A DNA stretch of 64,000 nt, taken from NCBI GenBank assembly GCA_964291295.2, contig OZ219754.1:2880001-2944000 (forward strand), in the 5' to 3' direction. Every line of letters begins with the position of its first letter. The first letter of the stretch is position 1. The position numbers were made by a program, and so were the translations under genes. The notes under the pieces were generated by a model. That model was not told where the DNA came from. It searched no databases and was given only the letters and a program-made list of their open reading frames with translations. The DNA comes from an uncultured Candidatus Binatia bacterium. GTDB taxonomy: Bacteria; Desulfobacterota; Binatia; UBA9968; JAJDTQ01. Below, in pieces: positions 20,414 to 29,100 of this stretch.

Positions 20414-21283
20414 TCACATCACCCGGCGCCGCAGGCAGGCGCTCAGATAGTCCACTCCCGTCACCAGGACATAGAGCACGATCAACAGCGTCAGCAGTTG
20501 TTGTTCGAGGAACAGGCTCATGGCGACATGGATGCGCTGGCCCAGGCCGCCGGCGCCCACGAACCCCAGGACCGCGGCCACCCGGATGTTCACTTCCCAG
20601 CGGTACAGCGCATAAGAGATGAACTGGGGCAGGACCTGCGGAAGGATGCCGTAGAACAGGATCTGGATTTTCCCCGCCCCGGTGGACTGCAGCGATTCGA
20701 CGGGCTGCGGGTCCACGTCCTCCAGCACCTCCGCGAAGAGCTTTCCGAGCACGCCGCCAGTGTGAACCCCCAGGGCCAGCACACCGGGAAAGGGACCCAG
20801 CCCCACCACGAACACGAACATCAGCGCCCACAGCATCTCGGGGACGGTGCGCAGAAAATTGAGGATGCCCCTGGCGGCCAGGTACGGGACGCGCCGCAAC
20901 CACGTCCGGCGGCGCCGGGCCTCCATCTCGTGAAGCAACCCCGCGTACACGAGATTGCGCGAGCCGAAGCAGGCCAGTGCCAGCGCGATGACCACCGACA
21001 GCAAGGTCCCGATCAGGGAGATGGCGAAGGTCTCCCATGCGCCGGCGACGGCATCGGCCACCACCTTGCCCGAAAGGTCCGGAGGGAAAAGCCGCTCCAC
21101 GTACCCGGCAATGGCACCGCCCCCTTCGACACTGAAGAGCAGGCCGGGGTCGATCCCGGAACCCTGCCAGCTCCAGACGAAGAGCGCCGCCAGGAACGCC
21201 AGCAACACGTACGTGGACGATGGCGTGCGGGCGCCCGCCTTGAGGGTGGGCAGGTCCGCGGGCGCGGGCGCGGCGTGATTCAC
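20414..21283 (-). CDS. phnE: PhnE-type ABC transporter permease
   Basis: LRTVPEMLWAL, GLGPFPGVLAL, LYRWEVNIR, LGFVGAGGLG. Confidence 0.9.
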   Translation of the reverse strand: MNHAAPAPADLPTLKAGARTPSSTYVLLAFLAALFVWSWQGSGIDPGLLFSVEGGGAIAGYVERLFPPDLSGKVVADAVAGAWETFAISLIGTLLSVVIALALACFGSRNLVYAGLLHEMEARRRRTWLRRVPYLAARGILNFLRTVPEMLWALMFVFVVGLGPFPGVLALGVHTGGVLGKLFAEVLEDVDPQPVESLQSTGAGKIQILFYGILPQVLPQFISYALYRWEVNIRVAAVLGFVGAGGLGQRIHVAMSLFLEQQLLTLLIVLYVLVTGVDYLSACLRRRVM

Positions 21284-22138
21284 AGCAGCGACCGCACCCT
21301 GGCGCTGATCCAGTCGGCTCCCGCCACCAGCGCGAACAGGATCATCAGCAACGTGGAGACCTCATGGAAGTTGAACATCCGGATGGAAATCTCGATCTGC
21401 TGCCCGATGCCGCCGGCGCCCACGAGGCCCAGGATGGCCGAGGTCCGCACCGCGCACTCCCATCGGTACAGCGTGTAGGAGGCGAGGTTGGGCAGCACCT
21501 GCGGGAACCAGCCGTAGAAGAAGATCTGCAGCCGCCCGGCACCGGTGGACTGGATCGCCTCCAGCGGCCGCTCATTCACCGACTCGAATATCTCCGAGTA
21601 CACCTTGCCCAACATTCCGCCGTAGGCGACCCCGATGGCCAGTACGCCCGGAAACGGCCCCAGGCCCACGGCGCGCACGAACATGAAGGCCCAGACAAAC
21701 TCCGGGATGCAGCGGAACAGGCTCAACAGGCCCCGGGAGAAACCGTAGAGACCCATCTTGAACCCGTGTCTCAGGCCGGAGCCCCGGTCGCCGCTCTCAT
21801 GGAGGATGCCCTGGAAGCTGAAGGTACGAGTCGCCAGCAGACCGAGGGGGAAACCGATGAACACGGCGATCAGCGTCCCCATGACCGAGATCTGTATGGT
21901 CTCCAGCGTGGGCCGGATCATGAGATGGAGGAACTCCCATGACAACTCGGGCGGATACATGCCCGTGACGAACCGCCACAGGTGCTCCCTGCCCTGGGCC
22001 TCGAAAAACAGCCCTGGATTCACCTCGGCCCGGCGCCAGCTGTCCGCCAGCAGGACAAGGAACAACCCGCCGAACAGGTAGGGGAAGATGGCACGCGATG
22101 CCGTGACCCCGCCGGGAGTCGCCGGCGGGGTCACGGCC

Positions 22139-22947
<809 letters not shown>

Positions 22948-22951
<4 letters not shown>

Positions 22952-23811
22952 GGGATCTTGAGCATCCCGGCGGCGATGGCCGCCCTCCTGATTCCGTCCC
23001 AATCCGAATCCCTGGCCGGAATGAACTTCCGGGTGCGCTGAAGACCCATGATCTTCCTGTCTTCGGGTTTCGCGTAGTCGAGCTTCAGGAGTGCCTGCGT
23101 GAAGCGCTCCCGGACCTTGGCCGGCACTCCGCCCCGGGCCACCCATACGTAGTCCACATAAGGCGGCGTGGTCCAGAACACGTTTGTCTTCCCGGTATCG
23201 ATCCTCTTGCTGTCAACGAGCTTCCGCCACACCAGAAAGTTGAGGGCGCCGGCGTCGACCCGGCCAGCCGCCACCCAGGCCGCGGTGGCGTCATGGGCGC
23301 CGCTGAAACCGAACTTCTTGAAGTCCCGCTCCGGGTCGACGCCCGCCGCCCCGAGGAAGTGCCGGGGCATGAGGTGTCCGGAGGTGGAGCTCACGCTGCC
23401 GAAGGCAAAGGTCCTGCCCTTGAGATCCTCCAGGGTCCGGATGCCGGAATCGGTACGCGCCACGAACACGCTCCTGAAGCTTGCGTCTTCTTCACGCATG
23501 ACCAGCCGAGTGGCTCCCTTGGCCCGCTGGGTGGCCTGAACCGAGGTGAAGCCGCCGTACCAGACAATGTCCAGCCGGCCGGCCGCCAGCCCCTCTACCG
23601 TGGCCGCATAGTCCACCACCGGGATGAACGTGACCTTGGTGCCCACCTCCCTGGCGATGTAGTCGGTAAAGGGCCTGTACTTGCGCAACAACTCCTGCGG
23701 ATCCTCGTCGGGGATGGCGGACAGCCTCAACGTGTCCGCGGCGGCGACACCCCAGGCCACGAACACGGCCGACACCAGCCACCCCAGTCTCCAGGCGAAC
23801 TTCCTGTGCAT
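22948..23811 (-). CDS. PhnD-like periplasmic binding protein, putative selenate/selenium-associated subfamily
   Basis: Signal peptide; SAIPDE, VDYAATVE, WYGGFT, STSGHLMP, SGAHDAT, VDAGALN, TPPYVDY resemble TIGR04553-type proteins (from memory); GGAGG RBS before ATG 23811. Confidence 0.8.
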
Positions 23812-23839
23812 CCATGCCTCCCGAAACGAATTTCCGTTC

Positions 23840-23883
23840 ATTGGATATCAAGGGAAACTATATGTCAAATAGACTTGAGCTAT
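23840..23883 (-). promoter_or_regulatory. Sigma70-type promoter with two LysR (T-N11-A) boxes upstream of transporter operon
   Basis: TTGACA (23868-23863)-17 nt-TCCAAT on minus strand; palindrome ATAG-N7-CTAT at 23869-23883; ATCA-N7-CTAT at 23847-23861. Confidence 0.65.
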
Positions 23884-24823
23884 GCGTCAGCCCCTTCCAT
23901 GGACCCATCCGCGGCCCCCGGCCCAGGAACTGCACGAAGGCGCGCGGCACCGGCGGCAGCGGCCGGCCCCGGTAGGTCACCTGGTAGAAGGGCCGAATCA
24001 GTTCCAGCTCCTTGATGCGGAGTTCATGGATCAGGCCTTGCTGAACCTCGCGCCGAATGGCGGCACGGGAAAGGATGGAGAACCCGAACCCCTCCATCAG
24101 CGCCTCCTTCACCGCGGCCGTGCTGCCGAGTTCGAGCCCCACCCGGAGAAGGCGATCCGGATCCCGGCCGCGCCTGGCCAGAACCTGCAGAAACGACCGC
24201 AAGGTGCCGGAGCCGGCCTCCCTGGAGATGAACGGGTGCTTGCCGAGATCCTGGAGGGGCACATGCTGCAACCGGGCCCAGGGATGGTTCGCGGGCACCG
24301 CCACGACCAGCTCGTCCTGCCAGATCCTGCGATAGCCCAACCGGTCGTCACGGGTGCGGAAACCGGTGAAGCCCAGTTCCAGCGCGCCCTCGAGGATGGC
24401 GTCCACGATGGAGGCCGAGTCGCCGATGCGCAGCACCGGCCGGACCTCCGGGAAGCGCGCCACGAAGCTTCCCAGCACGCCCGGCAGAATGTACTCCCCC
24501 GGAACGTTGCTGCCGCCCACCCGGAGCTCCCCTTCCACCTTCCGCTGGATGCGGTCGAGGGCCGCCAGCGCCTGGCCCTTCAGCTTGAGCACCGCGCCCG
24601 CCTGCTCGTACAGCAGCCGCCCCCCGGGCGTCAGGTCGAACCGGGCGCCCACGCGCCGGAACAGCGCGACCCCGAGTTGCCGTTCGAGGGTTCGGACATG
24701 GGCGGTCACGGTAGGCTGCCGGAGGGAGAAATGCTCCGCCGCGAGGGAAAAGCTGCGCAGTTCCGCAACCCAGTAGAAGATCTCGAGCTTGCGGAGATCC
24801 AGATCCCTTGACGCCTTGGTCAT
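23858..24823 (-). CDS. LysR family regulator (CysL-like / selenium-metabolism-associated type)
   Basis: SFSLAAEHFSLRQPTVTAHVRTLE HTH; GGSNVPGEYILP, REAGSGT, GSTAAVKEA. Confidence 0.9.
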   Translation of the reverse strand: MTKASRDLDLRKLEIFYWVAELRSFSLAAEHFSLRQPTVTAHVRTLERQLGVALFRRVGARFDLTPGGRLLYEQAGAVLKLKGQALAALDRIQRKVEGELRVGGSNVPGEYILPGVLGSFVARFPEVRPVLRIGDSASIVDAILEGALELGFTGFRTRDDRLGYRRIWQDELVVAVPANHPWARLQHVPLQDLGKHPFISREAGSGTLRSFLQVLARRGRDPDRLLRVGLELGSTAAVKEALMEGFGFSILSRAAIRREVQQGLIHELRIKELELIRPFYQVTYRGRPLPPVPRAFVQFLGRGPRMGPWKGLTHSSSLFDI

Positions 24824-24902
24824 GGTGTCGTTCCCCATTGGCCGCGGCCGCGGGCAAGGCCCATTGCCATGTGGCACCAACCCGGTTACGGTAATCTTCG
24901 CC

Positions 24903-25964
24903 ATGAAGATATCGTCCCTCGACCGGTTCCACAAAGGAAACGGCGCGGTCTTCTTTCAGCGAGAGGGATGGCGCCTGCCCGCTCACTTCGGCGACCCCGG
25001 CGCGGAGTACGCTTCGGTGCGTTCCGGCGCCGGCTGGCTGGACCTGGCGGATCAGGCCCTTCTGTCCGTGGCCGGACCCGACAGCGTCGGGTGGCTCCAG
25101 GGAATGCTCTCCAACGACGTCGCGGCCCTGGGCACCGGCCAGGGCATGGTGGCGGCGATCCTGAACATTCAGGGAAAGATCCTGGCCGACGTGAGAGTGT
25201 TGCGCACCGCCGGCGGCTTTCTGCTGGAGGTGGACGAACCCCTCGCACCGGGTGTGCTGGAACACCTCCACCGCCACCTGATCGCGGACCAGGTGGAGAT
25301 TGTCGAGCTTTCGGGCGAGCTGGCCATGATCTCCATCCAGGGACCGGCTTCGGAAACCCTCCTGTCCGGGCTTCTGGATGCCGCTGCGTTGCCAGCGGAA
25401 GAACTGAGCCACCGGGAGAGGGTCTGCGCCGGAAGCCGGATCCGGGCGGTGCGCGCGACGCACACGGGAGAGCCCGGTTTCGACCTGCTGGTACCCCGGG
25501 ATCGGCTGCCGGCCATGATGGCCCTGCCGCGCGCGCGGGCCATCCCCTGGATCGGCCTGAATGCCAGGGAGACTCTGCGGATCGAGGCCGGGATCCCCCG
25601 GTACGGGGTCGACATGGACGCCGACACGCTGCTGCTGGAAACCGGTCTCCAGCACGCCGTCAGCTTCACCAAAGGATGCTATCTGGGACAGGAGACGGTG
25701 GAGCGCATCCACTCCCGAGGCCACGTGAACCGCCGGCTGGTGGGGCTCAAGGCCGAGGGCGACATCGTACCACACCCCCGCGACACCGTGCGCGGCGCCG
25801 GCCGTGACATTGGCCGCATCACCAGCGCGTCAGCCTCGCCACGGCTCGGTTGCCCCATCGCCCTGGGATACCTCCACCGGGACTACGTCGAGCCTGGCAG
25901 CCGGGTCACCATCGGACACGGAGACTTGGCGATTCCCGCCACGGTCCACGCCCTGCCCTTCTGA
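24903..25964 (+). CDS. ygfZ: YgfZ/GcvT family folate-binding protein
   Basis: LQGMLSND, LRIEAGIP, signature KGCYLGQE. Confidence 0.88.
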   Translation: MKISSLDRFHKGNGAVFFQREGWRLPAHFGDPGAEYASVRSGAGWLDLADQALLSVAGPDSVGWLQGMLSNDVAALGTGQGMVAAILNIQGKILADVRVLRTAGGFLLEVDEPLAPGVLEHLHRHLIADQVEIVELSGELAMISIQGPASETLLSGLLDAAALPAEELSHRERVCAGSRIRAVRATHTGEPGFDLLVPRDRLPAMMALPRARAIPWIGLNARETLRIEAGIPRYGVDMDADTLLLETGLQHAVSFTKGCYLGQETVERIHSRGHVNRRLVGLKAEGDIVPHPRDTVRGAGRDIGRITSASASPRLGCPIALGYLHRDYVEPGSRVTIGHGDLAIPATVHALPF

Positions 25965-25998
25965 TTCGCCGCGGCGGAACCTCTCCAGTGCCGGGGAA

Positions 25999-26032
25999 GA
26001 AACCCCATCGAGCAGGAAACTCCATCGAACAG
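25999..26032 (+). repeat. 17-bp imperfect tandem repeat in intergenic region
   Basis: gaaaccccatcgagcag / gaaactccatcgaacag. Confidence 0.5.
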
Positions 26033-26172
26033 AATCGTGGCCGCGCTCGCATTCCAGCTCCGAAGCCGGCTTGGCGAAACCCGGATTCCACCACCAGGAT
26101 CAGGCTTCTGCTGCTGATCGGATGGGGCCGCGGCGAAATCCCCTCCCCTCCAGTCGCGGGCGGGGGTTCTCC

Positions 26173-29100
26173 TCACCAGCGCAGCGCACCGCGCAGCATG
26201 AGGCCCTGCTCGCCGTTGGTCCAGGGCCGGCTTGTGCCCTCGATTCCCAGGGCGACCCCCGACCCCAAGCGGTAGCGCGCACCCAGGCGCAGCGTGCGCT
26301 CGCCCGACTCCGCCAGGCTGAGCCCGGCATAAGGCGTCAGCAGCGCCAGCGGCGCCGGGCCGGCGATGCCGATGCCGTGCCCCATCTCCGCCTCCAGGCG
26401 GCTCTCTCCCGCCCCCGCCCCGCTGTCCATGGCCGAGCCGTAGTCGAACAACCGCCCCAGACCGCTTGCCGTGCGACCGTGGGTCGGGCCGAAGCTCAGG
26501 TAGCTCCCCCGCCCGTCGGCCCCGGGGTCAAGGCGCACCAAGGCGCTCACGCCCCATTCCTCCCGGTCCCGCTCGTGCACCGCCAGCATCCGGGCCCGCA
26601 ACTCCGCAGTCAGACGGGCACCCGGGTCGCGCCAGGTCACGCCGGCCCCCACCTCCACCCCGCCGCCCTGCCCAACGTCGCCGTCGTCATGACGCACGCC
26701 CACTTCCAGTGCCGGCGTCAGCGTCGCATCGCCCCCGACCCGGTGCTCCCACGACCCCTCCAGCATCAGCCGCAGTCGGCTCGCCTTCACCGTCAACTCG
26801 GTCAGACCGTCGCCGGCCTCCGTGTCCAGTTGGACCAGGGAGCCCTCCCCCTTCACCGCCACTCGCGTGGTGCCCCCGGCGATGAGCTCCGGATCCTCCA
26901 ACAGCACCCCGCGCCCGCCCGCCGCCCCACTCCACTGGGACAGGTCCGCCGTGCGCGCCGCCGCTCCCGCCTCGGTGATCCGCACCTCGCCCCTCCCATA
27001 GCCCGCACTCGCCCACAGCGTCGTGCCGTCCGCACGCAGCCACGCCAGATACGGATTCACCGACACCACCCGGCTCTCGTGCCTGCTTTTCGTCCCATCA
27101 CCACCCCGGGACACCGCATCCACCTTGCCCTTCGCATACGACACCGCCGCCCCCGCCAACAGGTCCGGGCGAACCCGCACGTCCGCCCCCAGATACCCCG
27201 ACCACAGCCCGCCCTCCCAGGAAAGATCCCGCTCCGAACCCGACAGCGACCGCCACTCGCCCACTCCCCACAACGCCGGCGCCGCCACCCCTCCCGCCCC
27301 CGAAGCACCCAGCGGCAGCGCGAAGGAGGCCCCGTCCAGCAACTCTCGCAAGCCCGGCCCCCCTTGCCCCCGACCTCCCGGACCAACCCACTCATCATCC
27401 ACCACCATCCCCGGCGCCGCTCCAAAACGCACCGTACCACCCGCACCGCCATCCGACACCGCTTCGATCCGCCCCGTCACCGCCTCAAGCGTCTGCGACA
27501 GCGCCAGCGCCGCCACATGCGGCAGGATCGCACGGTTCACCCGGTTCGCCGACGACGACGAACCCTCTTCCAGCACTCCTTCCGCCACCGCATCCACCCC
27601 CACCGCATAGCCCGGCGCCGCGTTCAGCGTGATGCGGTACGACTCCCTCCCTTCCGCCTCCCCATCCACCCTGGTGGGTATCATCACCAAACCCCTCCGG
27701 CTCGCCGTGGCGCCGAACACCGCATCCAACGAACGCGGCCCCAGCCCACCCGGAAGGTCCTCCCCATCGAAGCCGCCGCCGTCGCGCGCCGCCAGCGTCA
27801 GACTCACCACCAAACTGCCCGTCAGCACACGGTCCGAGGTCACCACAAGGCGGATGTCCTCCCCCTCGCTCACCGCCGCCGGGTCCGTCTCCAGACTCAG
27901 CACCGGCGTCGTGTCCCTCACCCGCACCACCACCGAGGCGATGCTCACCGAATCATAGCCCCCGCCCCTCGCTCCGTGCGTCAGCGTCGCCCTGTCGTCC
28001 GCCGTGTCCGCGTCACGGGCCGCGCTCACCGTCACCCCCTGCGGCTCGCTCCAGTTCGAGGCCGTGAAGGTCAGGCGCCGCGGCACTACCGTCACCTCCC
28101 CCGATGCCCCGCCCACCGTCACCGTCACCGGCCCCGTAGGCTCCGCGCCCAGCACCACCGTGTAACTACCGGAGCCGCCCTCCTCCACCGTCAGCGCCGT
28201 CGGCGTCACCCGCACGCTCCCGCCCGCCGCGGGAGGCGCAGATGGCGGCGCCGCGGCCGTCGGCGTCGCGCTCACCGGCGCATCCGGGCCAGCGCCGTTG
28301 CCGGCACCGTTCACCGCGCGCACCTCGAACTGATACGCGGTGCCGTTGGTCAGACCGCTCACCTTGTAGCTGGTGGTGCCCGCTCCGGAGCCCCCGATGT
28401 CCGTCCAATCGTCCCAGGCCCCGCTGCCGGCCTTCCGCCGGTATTGCCACTTCGTGATGGTCGGATTGCCCGCGTCCGTCCAGCTCAGCGTCACCGAACC
28501 GTCCCCCGCCGCCGCCGCCAGGCCCGTCGGCTTCGCCGGCACCACGCCGCTCTCCGTCACGCTCACCACCACCGAGGCGATGCTCACCGAATCGTAGCCG
28601 CCCCCCGAGGCGCTGTGGGTCAGCGTCACGGCGTCGTCCGTCGCCGTGTCCGTGTCCGTCCCCGCGTTCACCGTCACCGTCTGCGCCATGTTCCAGTTGA
28701 CCGTGGTGAAGGTCAGCGTCGCATTCGCCACCGTTACGTCGCCCGAAGCGCCGTCCACCATTATCGTCACATCGCTCGACGGCGCCGTGTTCAGCCGCAT
28801 CGTGTACGTGTTGGAGCCACCCTCCGCCACCGTCAGCGCCGCCGTCGACACCGTCACCCCCGGCGCAGCGGCCACCGTCACGCCCACCGTGCCGGCATCG
28901 GGAATCGCATCCGCCGCGGCGCCCGTCAGCCGGAAGGCGTGGTTGATCGTCGCCGTGCCCGCCTCCACGCCGGTCACCGTCACCGTCTGTCCCGTGCTGT
29001 AGTTGCTCGCCGAGAAGGTCAGGGTCGCCGGGTCCACCGTCGCCTTGGCCGTGGCGGAGCTCGTGATCGACAGCGTCCCCGCATACTCCTTCGTCAACGC

